Positions 52,138 through 64,000 of a stretch of DNA of 64,000 nucleotides are shown here, one piece after another; within the stretch, counting starts at the first letter, position 1, and each line of letters opens with the position of its first letter. Origin of the DNA: Paramecium tetraurelia (lineage: Eukaryota); assembly GCA_000165425.1 (NCBI GenBank), contig CT868061.1, positions 124,001 to 188,000 on the forward strand. The letters are read 5' to 3'. The translations under genes and the position numbers were made by a program. The notes beneath the pieces are model-generated. The model was not told the origin of the DNA. It made no database searches and saw only the letters and a program-made list of their open reading frames with translations.

Positions 52138-53827
52138 ATGTAACCATCATCAAAATAGCCACCTAAGGAGGATGAGTAATGCTCGGTGGAGGATCATATA
52201 CTGAAGAAGTTTGAATTGCTGGAATTTAAGGGGAAGGGAGCATACGGTGTGGTATGGAAGGCAATAGATCGTAAAACGAAATAAATTGTGGCACTAAAGA
52301 AAGTAAAGCTATTTATTTAATTCAGATTTTCGATGCTTTTCATAATGTAACTGATTCTTAAAGAACATTCAGAGAGGTGATGTTTTTGGAGCAACTGAAC
52401 AATCATGAAAACATAATTAAATTGACATCTGTCATAAAGGCAGAGAACAACAAAGATTTATATATGGTATTCGATTACATGGAGACAGATTTACATAAGG
52501 TAAGTATGTATGATTGAGAAGTAGGTCATACGAGCTAATATTCTTGAGCCTGTTCACAAGAGATACATCGTGTATCAAGTTTTAAAGGGTTTAAAATATC
52601 TGCATACTGGAGAATTGATACATCGAGATTTGAAGCCTTCGAATTTGCTGATCAATTCAGAATGTAAAGTGAAAGTAGCAGATTTTGGATTGGCAAGGAG
52701 TGTAGCAAAACCAGATGACAACACAAACCCAATTCTAACTGAATATGTAGCTACTAGATGGTATAGAGCCCCTGAAATATTGTTGGGATCTCAATATTAT
52801 TCAAAGGCAGTCGATATGTGGAGTCTAGGATGCATTGTGGGAGAGATGATAGTTGGAAAAGCCATATTTCCTGGAACATCAACTATGAATTAGATTGAAA
52901 GGATAATCGAACTCTGTGATCGACCCAAACCTGAGGATATCGAAGCATTAAGAGCCCCATTAGCAGAACGAGTCTTGGATGATATAAAAACACAAAAGAG
53001 GAAGAGTTTTGCTTAGTATTTTTCTGCTGCCTCTGAAGATGCTATAGATTTTCTCAGGTAAATTATACAATATTTATGAATCTCATAGAAAAACGCTGGT
53101 TTACAATCCCAATAAAAGAATGACGGTAGAGTAGGCATTTGAGCATCGCTATGTCAAGGAATTTAAGAATTGTGAAGATGAAACTAAGAGAGGTATTGTC
53201 GTTAGTATTTTTGTAGACTCTCCTTTTGAAACATACATGGATGACAATCGCAAATATTCGATAAAAGAGTACCAGAATTTTCTGTATAATCGCATAGTTT
53301 AAAAGAAGAGGAATGAACATAAATCATCATTGATGTTTAGAAACTAAAATAATGGGAGTGTCAATCTTAGCGTTGATAAATCCCCATCTCCAACTAAGAA
53401 GGATTCTTCTATAGTTAAGAAGGATTCAGAAACATCTAATATTGATAATGATTTTCAACATCATGGTCATGGTCGTGCTCTTCATCAGAAGTCTTAGTCC
53501 TACTCTTAAGGGTAGTTTATGCAGAGGAAAAACACCTCACAGGAGGATACTTAGTTTTAGGTCTCGACTCACCAAAGTCCTACTTATAAGAAGCATCAAT
53601 AGATGTTTCCGATTGTCGATTCCAGCAGTCCAATTAATAAAGGCAGTAGAAAGTCCTCCTTGGATAAAAAGTTACAAAGCACCATGACTTCTGCTCTCAT
53701 GTAGGCTACTCTGTCTCAATAATAATTCTCAAGAAAAGGATCTTAAGGTTCTATATCTAAAACAACTGTTTTCAATAAATCCACCATTAACACACAATAC
53801 AACTCCTTGTTTCAGAAAAAAAAGTGA
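52138..53827 (+). CDS. MAPK15: Atypical MAP kinase ERK7/MAPK15-like
   Basis: [30 protein letters not shown] (ERK7 signature), [21 protein letters not shown]; long low-complexity tail. Confidence 0.92.
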
Positions 53828-53884
53828 ACTTATTAAATATCTATATACCAAATTTATTATCTTTCAAAGATCATTAATATAATA

Positions 53885-54941
53885 ATGAAAATTAGCATAA
53901 TTTTAGGTCTAATCAAGCTAAAAAAGGAAAGAAGATAAATATAAAAAATATTGGACAACATCCATCCTGAAGAATAGCATTTCGCATCCAATAAATAAGA
54001 AGAAATTCTATATTACAATATCTACATGTTGACCATACTCCCTATTTTGAGGATATTAGAAATTGTGAAACACGCTCTAATTGAAAAATTCATCACAAAA
54101 ATCCCAGCATTTCATCCCTTCACTAAATAATAGGTTGAAGAAGAGTCCTTGCATATTTTCAACGACTTCCTTGACTCTCTGTCTTAAAAAGGACAAATGA
54201 ATGTCAATAAATATATACACAAGGTAATAAAAAAATACACCACATACTAAGAAGCATTAGAGATGGCCACTTCTGCTAAGACTCTGTTAGTTTAACCGAA
54301 TGATTTCTAAAGACAATCTTCAATATAATTAAAGCATATCAATGGGAATGTGAAAGTCAAATCAAAGATGTCTGATTTTTATGAGAATACTGCAGATGAT
54401 CATTTGTAAAGGAATATTGCAATGAATAGAACCTTCGATTTACTTTACATTTTTATAGGAGATATACATTATCACAAATTACTAGAGGATCCAGATTATT
54501 TATATAACCAGATCTAGCATATGAATCCAGATTATTGGAAAACCAAATACACACCAGTTATGCACAAAATAAGTGAATGCATTGATGAAGACTTGGAGGA
54601 TTTCATTAAGCAAGACGATAAGAATCAGAATAAATAAGAATAATAATAATAGAAACAAGAGTATTGTTGCATACTAAGAGCAATTTGTTAATATGCAGTA
54701 GACTTATTAAAGAGTGTGAATGTGGCTACTCTGTATTATTATTCAGTTAATTATTCATTTCAAAAATTTGTAAACCGTTTGGATGGAGAGGAGGATTTGC
54801 AGAGAATATTATATTTGACTTAGAATCATAATAGAGAGAGGAATTACAAATAACATGTGAAAGACTTTTTGAGAGGACGTTCAAATTTCATTAGAGAGAT
54901 GCGAAATAGGTGTTTGATTGATTAGGGAGAAAGAGAGTTGA
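53885..54941 (+). CDS. Hypothetical protein
   Basis: Code-6 frame MKISIILGLIKLKK... ending CLIDQGERE/S-TGA; no motif recognised; probably one intron. Confidence 0.6.
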
Positions 54942-54979
54942 TAAAAGTAATTTTAAATTTCTGAGTTTTTTATTTATTT

Positions 54980-55658
54980 ATGTTAAAACCACATAAAGTG
55001 TTGTTGCATGAGTTTGCTGAACTGATATTGAATCAGAGAGTAGAGTAGAAACCATCAAGTTTGAGACATTCGAATGTACTGAATTTGTGGCAGATCAAGG
55101 GAATATGGGTGGATGAGAATTCAGATTTAAGAGTGCAGCTAAATTTCTACATTTAGAAATGGAATACTAGGATTCTAGTTGAAGTTTGGGTCTTAGAAGT
55201 AATCATAACAAACGAGTAATAGAACAACACTAAAAAGATAATTTAAGATGAGTGATCAGGAATTTAAGAAGACACAACGACTGGCTCTTTTGCAATCGAG
55301 GAGTATTCTAGGAATATTGGCCAATCTCCCCCTCTCTCAAGAAATCCCTTCCTTTAATAAGCATATGAAAATTGCATACAATACTGAAAATAGTACAATC
55401 CCAACACATTTCCATACCATCAACTTCCCAGTCATCCCATGTTCAAGTAAAAAGGTCACTTACTTGTATATGCAGGTTCACTACTAAAAGGAAATTATAT
55501 TCTCTCCACAACCAAAATTAGCACAAAAACCATTCACTCAAAGAGAAGATGCTGAAATGACCACTTTGCATCAAATTCAAAAGAGTTTCAGAAAAAGAAC
55601 CAAGGCTTCTTCTTAGATAACTGAAACTCTGGAATACTTTATTTGCACTGTGAACTGA
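54980..55658 (+). CDS. Hypothetical protein
   Basis: Open code-6 frame 55113-55658; the 5' part (54980) is in a different frame, so the start is uncertain. Confidence 0.4.
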
Positions 55659-55701
55659 TAAATTACTATCTATATATTTGTATATAATAATTATTAACTG
55701 A

Positions 55702-57737
55702 ATGCACATTGATCCAACTCAGATGGTCAAGATTTCATTCTAAGCTAGCATTGTGATTTTCATTTCTTTAACATTTGCAGCAATTCTATTTGGTTAACCT
55801 GAAAAGTTGACAAGAGGCTTCGATCCAGATGGTAATTAGCATTATTATAAAAAGGAATTGCATGTGGTTCTGATTTTGGATCTAGAGATTATCCTTACAT
55901 TTATTTTGGCAATCCTACTCCCAATACTTTACATTAAACTGTCTGTGTGAAATCATGTCCTAAGCCAGATCATAAAAACGGCAGTACAAATACAAATCAT
56001 ATCTTTTAGTGCCAAAACAGTTAGATTGCATGCCTAACTCTATTATTCAGTAATGTTAAGCTAAGTTCTCTATAGACCATCCAGAAACTTAATTTTTAAT
56101 ATATGATACCTTCCTTTATAAGGGAAACATTTGTATGCCTCGAAATTTAGCTTATTATGAGGCGATCAAAGAAATATCCACACCTCCTTCTAGATTAAGT
56201 AATACCAGTGACGTCTACAAGAATAAATGGATGCTCCTTATCTTTATACTCGTTGCAGGCGTTGCATCGAAATAATTACTCACATAACTGAAGGCAAATA
56301 CTTAATATAGTGTTTGGGGCTTGACATTTGGACTATTCATTTTTGTGGGAACTTTGGGAGTTATTTTTGTTTCTTAAGCCAGAGATGCTATCGCCAATTC
56401 AATAGAAACTAATTCCATGTCTGCTTTTTAGGTGGATGAAGAATATATTTTGAAAATGAGTAATGTGCCCAATCCTATTAAAATGGTCATCTTATCTTTA
56501 ATTTTTGTAATTCTAACATTTTATGGAGCTTATTTCTTATACAACAATTACGATCGAATCAAAGATCTGTCACAATTATTTGAATAGGTTGAAATATATA
56601 TGGCTGATCATGAATACCTATAAGAAGCATCTTACCCTATGATTTTGGTCCTTAATTTCTTTCTATTCTTAACACTCTATACCATTCTGTATACATTTAT
56701 CAATATTTCTAATAGATCATTAAGAGCTTGTTTCGTGATTGATTTCTAATAGATCGGACCCTTTGAAAAAATCTAAGGAGGTGTTCTCTATTATTTCCAA
56801 ATCTTGATAGCGTTTTTCTTCTTTTGGGGAGTCCAAGTGATCTTTGGAATTAACAACTATATGGTGTCGTCATCTCTGGTGCAGTGGATTCAAGTGGGTT
56901 ACAATCAACACCAAGATGTACAATACAATAGGAATTAAGCTACACTTATTTTAACCAGATACTTTATGCAAGAAGCCTTCTATAACATTGGTAAAATAGC
57001 ATTTGCTTCATTTCTCTTATTGGTATCTCCAGTTAAATTTGTATGCGATGCTATTAAGGATTGGGCTGTCAGAAGGTAAAATTAGAAGTTTAGAAATTTA
57101 CTTACTAAATGTTGCTGTCTGCCCTTCATTCAAATATACAAAAAAACCAGACAAATTGAAGAGGTTGTTTACATTGAATAAGCAATCAATAGGAAGTATT
57201 GCATAACCGTTAATGTCTGTTTTAAATTCATTGAGGACTACTTGGAATTAAGATTAGAGGATTCAAATGCTGCTGAGCTTTTTGAATAACTAAGTACTTT
57301 CATTCATATAAACTTTAGGGAATACTGTAGATTCATTTTTATTGATCATCAAAATATTTATTGCACTACTTTGTGCTATCATTTGTAAGTTTATTTTGAG
57401 TTTCAATTACTTTTCAAATCATATGTACGAAACCAACCTCACTTCTTTGATAGCTGCTATCATAGGATATTATGTTGCATCATTATATTTCTAAATCTAT
57501 TCGATTGTTCTATAAGGTTTGGGTTATATTTATATAAGAACGATGAATATTTGTAAAAAGAACAATGAGAATTATGAAAGGAATTAATAAAAAAGAAGAG
57601 ATACCGCATTTGAAACATTTAAAAATATTTATAAAGTACCTATGTATATCATAACTTTTTAGGATTTTTCGGAAATTATGATTCACTTTGAAAATAAGAT
57701 TAGAAATTAGAAAACCAAAGAATAACTTCCTCATTGA
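55702..57737 (+). CDS. Choline transporter-like (CTL/SLC44) family protein
   Basis: GQPEKLTRGFDPDG|IACG...YPYIYF...VCVKSCP extracellular loop; multiple TMs; FYNIGKIAFASFLI. Confidence 0.85.
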
Positions 57738-58013
57738 TAAAATATATGCTTTTACAATTATATATATTATCAATAAATTTTCTATAATAAATCTGCGTAT
57801 CACTAAAAGTGTAAGCTAATAAATAAGTATCAAGTAAGAATTGGAGTGAGTTAATACCTAAATTATAACTTATTATCTTGAAGAACAAAAACAATTTATT
57901 TTTTCAATAAATTATTTGAAATTCTTAGATCTTATAATATATTTAAAGCATTTATATTGAAAATTATTTTATTATTGTTTAGACATACATCATATTGAAA
58001 ATTAATATAATTA

Positions 58014-60118
58014 ATGAATTCAAAACCGAAAAGTATTTTTGAATGTTTGGATGAACACTTTTAGGAGTTAGATTAAGAAGATGAAGATGAAGAGAATGAA
58101 ATAATGCAGAATGAAAATATTACAAATTATGATTAGGGTCCAGGATAAAAATAAGATAAGTCTAAACATATAGCGAGACCAAAGGATATAATCAAATGGG
58201 AAGATATCAATAAATTAGATGTTTAAGAAGATGATTTGTTTGAAATTTAAGAAGCACCAGAAGAGAGTGTTGTTTCATAAGTCAAAGATAATGAAAATTT
58301 TAATTTCGATTATGAAATACCAGTCCTAATGTTGGATGATGACAGTCAAATAAGTCAAGGAAAAAAAATTAAATTAGCTGGTTTAAATAATTACATTAAA
58401 TCTAAAGAAAAGGAAAGGCAGTAGGTTGAAGAAAATTTTTAAAGAATTGTTTAACAAAAAGCTGAAGAATTAATTCAAGAATAAAAAAAGGAGGAGTTGA
58501 TGAAAAAGATATAAAAGCAAAGTATTCCTTCTAAATTGCAATAAAAAGTCTAATCACTATTTTAATAAGTCGATTATGAAGCCAATCCAATAAAGATAAC
58601 TGCTTAATAAAGTATTACTAATTCAACAAATACCCCTTCTTTAACTAAAAAAAAATAAAATGATAATGAACAAGTGAGTAAATTGAAGGAAGAAATACTG
58701 AATCTCAAAAACCTAATAAATGACTATAAGTTACGCTACAATCAAGATTAGGATTTAATTAAGACTCTTAGAGTAACTATTCAGAAAGGAGACACAAATT
58801 AATCACGTACAAGTTGTTCAACTAAAGCTAGCAAAACAGATGATTTAATAAATGAAAATGAGCAATTGAAATAGGATATGATTACTTTAAAATAGCAACA
58901 TTAAAAAGAAATTGAGTCATTGAAATAGTAATTATCAAGAGTTTAGAAGATATAAGTAGGATGTCAATAAAGATAATAGAAGGATCAAGTAATACCAGAT
59001 AAAACTAAAGAAGAAATTACAAAATTATAGGCAGAAAAAGCCTAACAGGGTTCAGATTTCAGAAATAAATTAAATGAAGCAACTCTAAAAATTTAATAAA
59101 AGGATTAGGAATTAGAAAAATTAAAAAAACAAATTAAGACTATGTAAGAATAAAAAGAATAACCAGATAAATAATAGATCGTAATTGAAGATTTAAAATA
59201 ATAAATATAAAAGCTCAATCAACAGATTGAAGAAATAAAATAGAAGTACTTGTTTGATAATTAACTTAAACTATTATTCCCAATATAATAAGATAATGTT
59301 TTAGCTGTCCTTAATATCTTTTACAAATTAGAAAACACTAAAAATGCAGTCAATTTTATAAAAACTAAATTGAATACTGGATTTACTTATGTTTACTCAA
59401 AAATATACAATGTCTACAAATGGTTTAAATAAATGATTAAATTTAAGTGGACCAAATCAGTTGTGCATCATCCTGATAATTAACAACTTGTAAAAGAAGC
59501 TATTTAAAAAATAAGGACTAATCCCACTGTTTTAGAAACTGAAAATTAAAAATTAACAAAAACATTGATCTAGTTAGGCTAAGAGAACAAGGATCTTTAA
59601 GAAAAGTTATCCTCATTATAAATATAATACAATTAGAAAATTGAAATCTATGGTTAATTAGATGAATTAGTTAGAGTTGATAAAATATAATTAGCAAATC
59701 AATTAATGATGCGTATACTGAAAAAAGAAGCTGAGGATAGAAATAATGAGTAGTAAATAGAATACCCTGAATTATAAATTGTTAAAGTATTCTAATTACA
59801 AATATTTAGAAATATGCTGAGTTGATAATGCAATCAACTCTTCCTCAATATCAAAAGTCGTAATCACCTAAACAGGATAAAAACACTAAGGCTGTTGCAT
59901 CCCTATAAGGAATCAATAATAAATAGGTCTCCATTGCAGTTACAAAATGTGGACACATTGAAAGGCACTAAAAAAGAGATTAAAAGCCTACTAAAGGGTA
60001 ATATTATAATAAATGAATAATAAACTTTTAATTTAATTATTTTTACATTTAATAATGCAAAATATTATTAAAGATAACATTTTCAACTAATGAAATCAAA
60101 TAACGCCTAAAAATTTGA
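58014..60118 (+). CDS. Hypothetical long coiled-coil protein
   Basis: Acidic N-terminus, Q/K/E heptads; in frame after one 23-nt intron at ~59787. Confidence 0.75.
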
Positions 60119-60531
60119 TTTTAATTAATAGATAAAAGAAAACGCTTATTAACAAATTAGTTACTTCAAATCATAATAAGAAGTTAATTTCGGAAAAATT
60201 AATCTTTAGAAACTAGCTTAGAAGAAACAGTTTTCTCTCCCTCCTTATTAGTTTTTAAATTCTAGAAAGCTTTTTCAATAACAGAGTGAAGTGTTATTTA
60301 ATATTATTTTACTTTTGTTTTTTAATTTCTATAATAATTTGAAATGCATATCATAAAATAATTCAATATTTGAAAGAAAGAAAGAAAGAAAAAAAAAGTA
60401 AAATGAAATTTTAAACATGAGGTTAGGATTATTTAACCTTGTTCCATGTTGAATTTATTTTTAACAATGTTAAATAACAATGTAAATAGAATAATGGTGT
60501 GAAATAGTTAATTTTAATATTTGCCAATAAA

Positions 60532-63500
60532 TCAACTACTTTTATGATTGAATGATTTGTAATTAGAATTCTGAAGAAATTATTTTAGAATTTCATATTT
60601 ATCCTGCTTTGAATTTTCGTTCTGATTATATACGGTTGTTTATTCTAAAAAAGATATGAGTAAAACTACCCTTATGCATATGATAATTTTTATTTTCAGG
60701 ATTTTTCTATATTGCAATATCATATTATGCTTATGCTTCAGTAATACGATTTAATTTGATTAGCGTATTTGCTATTTCAAATATATTAATACCTTTATAA
60801 AAATATAGATCAGAACAACTAGGATTTATTAAAATTGCCTAATCATAATATTTTAAAGCTTCTTCCAAAAGATCCATTTAGTGTAATGTAAATGCTAATC
60901 AAGTATTCCTTTTTTATTTACCTTTATTAAAATAAAATTGATAGCACTCAGGATATTTCTAAATAGCTATATCAAAACTTTCTAATGATTGTTCAAAAAG
61001 TTTCATTTTAGCTAGAGCAATTGCTAATAAATATGAAATTGATTATGCCTTTATTGTTGTAAAATTTTGCATTATTTGAATCCCTTTAAATAGCAAGATC
61101 AAAAAATTCTAATGCTTCTTAAAACCTTTGCATTTCTATTAAAGTAGTAGCTTTTTATGAATTTAGGTTAAACGTACCTTTATTTTCATAATATTCTGAA
61201 TTTTCAGGATTCTTCTTTATAGCTAAATCATAAAATTTTAATGCTTCCTCATTTCGATTCTGTTTGGATAAAGTATTAGCTATTCTTAAATAAATAAAAT
61301 AACCTTTATTATGATAGTACTCTGGATTTTCAGGATTTTTCTATATGGCTAAGTCATAATATTATAAAGCTTCTTTAATTTTATTTTAATAGACTAAAAC
61401 ATTTGCTATTAGATTATATATTAGATTATACCCTTATTATGATAAAGCTCTGAGAATTCAGCATCAATACCTATGGCTAAATCAAACTATTATAAGGCTT
61501 CTTAATATTAATCTAATTTGCTTAGCGCAATTCCTTTTTGATAATATATTTGGCAATACCTTTTTTGTTATAAAAGTCAGCATTTTTTTAGTTTCTCTCA
61601 ATTGCATAATTATAATATTTTAATGCTTCATTTAAAGAATTCATATCTTCTAAAGTCATAGCTATCAATAAATATCAAATATTTACCTTTATTATAATAA
61701 AATGTAGCATTTTCTGGATATCTCTAAATCGCATAATTATAATACTCCAAAGCCTCTTCAAAACGATGCAATTTAATTAAAGTATTTGCTGCAAAAATAT
61801 ATTACATATATGACAAAACCTTTCTGATTATAAAATAATGGATTTTCTGGGTTTTTTTAAATAGCAATTTCAATTTATTCTAAGGCTTCTGAAAAACGTT
61901 ACAATTTTTTTAAAACAATAGCTATTATTATTACTATATATAAACATTTATTATAGTAATTTTCTGGACTTTGAGTATTTATTTTAATAGCATAATCATA
62001 ATATTCTAATGCTTCTTAATACCGATTCAATTTAAAATTAAAGCACTTGCTTACATATGTATATTTATTTTTTAATACCTTTGTTACTGAAAAATTCCGA
62101 ATTTTCTGGGGCTTTTTTTATCGCTTTTTCAAAATATATTATTGCCTCATCAATTCTATTTAGATCTTCTAGAGCAAAAGCTATTAAATAATATATAAAT
62201 ATAATTGATGCCTTTTTCGTTATAATGATCAGGATTATCAGAGTTAATTTAAATAGCAATATCAATCTATTCCAAAGCTTCTTCTTAACGGTTCAAGGCG
62301 ATTAAAGTAATTGCTTTTAAATAATTTTGAGTGACAATTTATACCTTTCTATGAATAATAATCAGACATTGTAGGATTTTTTGAAATAGCTAAATCACAA
62401 TTCTGTAATGTTTCTTCAAACCGATTCAATTTAAATAAAGCCATAGCTGCTCATTAAGTCTTTCATTTTACCTTTACAATAATATAAATCGGGATGTTAA
62501 GGATTTATTTTGATAGCTAAATCAAAATGCTCTAATGCTTTTTCAAGTTGGTTTAAATGGGCTAAATACTTGCTATACAATTTTCAACTTTTTTTACCTT
62601 TAATGTAATAATGGTCATAAAATTCAGGGTTTTTTTAAATAGAATAATCACAATTTTCTAATGCCTCTTCATAACGGTTCATTTGACATAAAGTGAAAGC
62701 TAAAATATTGTTTTTCATTACCTTTGTAATAATACTACTCCGAGTTTTCAGGATTTTTTTCAATTCCTTAATCATAATATTCTAATGCTTCTTAATAACG
62801 ATTCAATAAATGTAATGCAAATCCTATTCAATTATATTTTGATTCTTACCTTTTTATCTATAATTATCACCATTTTATGGATTTTTTTAAATAGCGCATT
62901 CAGACTGTTCTAATGATTCCTCAAACCTATTCATTTTTTGTAAAGTGTTTGCTACCGAATTTATAGCTTATTACCTTAAACTTTAAAATATATTTCTTTC
63001 TCTGGATTTCTCTAAATAGCAGCAACCACATTTTTTAATGCCTATTCATACTCTTTGCATTCAAATAAAGTATTTGCTTATTAATTTATAACTGTTATAC
63101 CTTTATTATTATAATATTCTGAATTTTCGGGATCAATTGAAAGAGCTTTGTCATAATGATTTTATGCTTCTTCAAATCTTTTTAATTAGGCTAAGGTGTT
63201 TGCTGTAGAAGAATGACTGAATCAATTCATACCTTTATTGTTATAATAATCCGCATATTTTGGATTTATTTTTATTGCTTAATCATAACATTTTAATGCT
63301 TCGTCTAAACGATTCAATTCATGTAGAACACTTGCTGTTCAATAATAATGGATTTATTATACCTTTATTATTGTAATAATCTGCATTATTATGATCTTTC
63401 GAAATTGCCAAATCATAATATTCTAATGCCTCCCATAGACGACTCATTTCATGTAGAGTAATTGCTTATGCTTTATGATTTTTTTATACCTTTGTTATAA

Positions 63501-64000
63501 TAGTATCCAGCATTTTACGGATTTTTTTTTATAGCATAATCAAAAAATGTTAACGCCTCATGAGGCCTATCTAAGTCAATTAATGTGTTTGCTTAAATTA
63601 AAAAATTGTAATTTCACCTTTGTTGTTGTAATAATCTGGATTTTCAGGATCTTTTTGGATAGCATAATTGTTATATTTTAGTGCTTCATGAAAACGATTT
63701 ACTTTTTTTAAGGCAATTGCTACATAATATGTTATCTTAATTTATACATTTTTCATTGTAATAAGTTGAGTTAGTAGGATCTCTCTGAATGGCTTTATCA
63801 TAATATTGTAATGCTTCTTCAAATCGATTAGAATCAAATAAAATGTTAGCTTTTAATTATAAATTTAATTAAACCTTTATTGTAATAATAATCTGGAGGA
63901 TGAAGATCATTCTTACTTGCATCAGCATTTTTACTCTATTATACTGCCTTCACTTGATTAATTTAGGCTGATTATTTTTAAGTGATATTTTGCACTATCT
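60532..64000 (-). CDS. TPR-repeat protein with 25 one-repeat-per-exon modules (5' end beyond window)
   Basis: Each exon encodes a 34-aa TPR (consensus A-N-T-L-x-x-L-N-R-F-E-E-A-L-E-Y-Y-D-x-A-I-Q-K-N-P-E-N-x-D-Y-Y-N-N-K). Exons begin at 60670, 60793, 60922, 61049 ... 63618, 63748; 23 are exactly 102 nt, one is 101 nt and one is 104 nt. Confidence 0.93.
60670..63874 (-). repeat. Diverged ~128-bp tandem array (102-nt exon + 21-31-nt intron), 25 units
   Basis: Regular AC/CTTT(A) donor and G/CT acceptor complements on the + strand about every 128 bp. Confidence 0.93.

Noticed and set aside
60670..63874. Spacers in the TPR array as IESs or CRISPR spacers
   Set aside because: They are bounded by GT/GC...AG in the coding orientation and have intron-typical lengths, rather than TA-bounded inverted IES ends.
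1..64000. tRNA/rRNA genes and telomeric (G3T3/G4T2) arrays
   Set aside because: None recognised by eye; a tRNAscan-SE or Infernal run would be needed to exclude short ncRNAs.

Overview
AT-rich ciliate DNA, almost certainly Paramecium (probably a P. aurelia-type macronuclear scaffold). Genes only read through with genetic code 6 (TAA/TAG = Gln, TGA the sole stop) and carry tiny GT-AG introns of about 20-31 nt, so the supplied standard-code ORF track is mostly fragments or antisense noise. All gene models below were translated by hand with code 6, and their boundaries are approximate. There are three zones. (1) About 2.7-26.7 kb is a gene-poor island with two N gaps. It holds an old inverted duplication of a two-gene cassette (an unknown membrane-anchored Cys-domain gene followed by a divergent signal-peptide HSP70). 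The cassette copies are interleaved with decayed non-LTR retrotransposon and Tc1/IS630-type transposase relics and surround a VIT-vWA gene, an mS38-like gene and RPL9. (2) About 27-60 kb is very gene-dense housekeeping sequence (kinases, RPL28, RPS4, ADAT3, a cNMP-binding K+ channel, TauE, EMC6, MORN, RINGs, ATG4, MFS, DHHC, Rab, CWF19L2, ERK7/MAPK15, a CTL transporter). (3) 60.5-64 kb is a TPR gene built of 25 consecutive one-repeat-per-exon modules (23 exactly 102 nt) separated by phase-1 micro-introns. Two of those introns have GC donors and two exons are frame-breaking. This is the most striking structure in the window.
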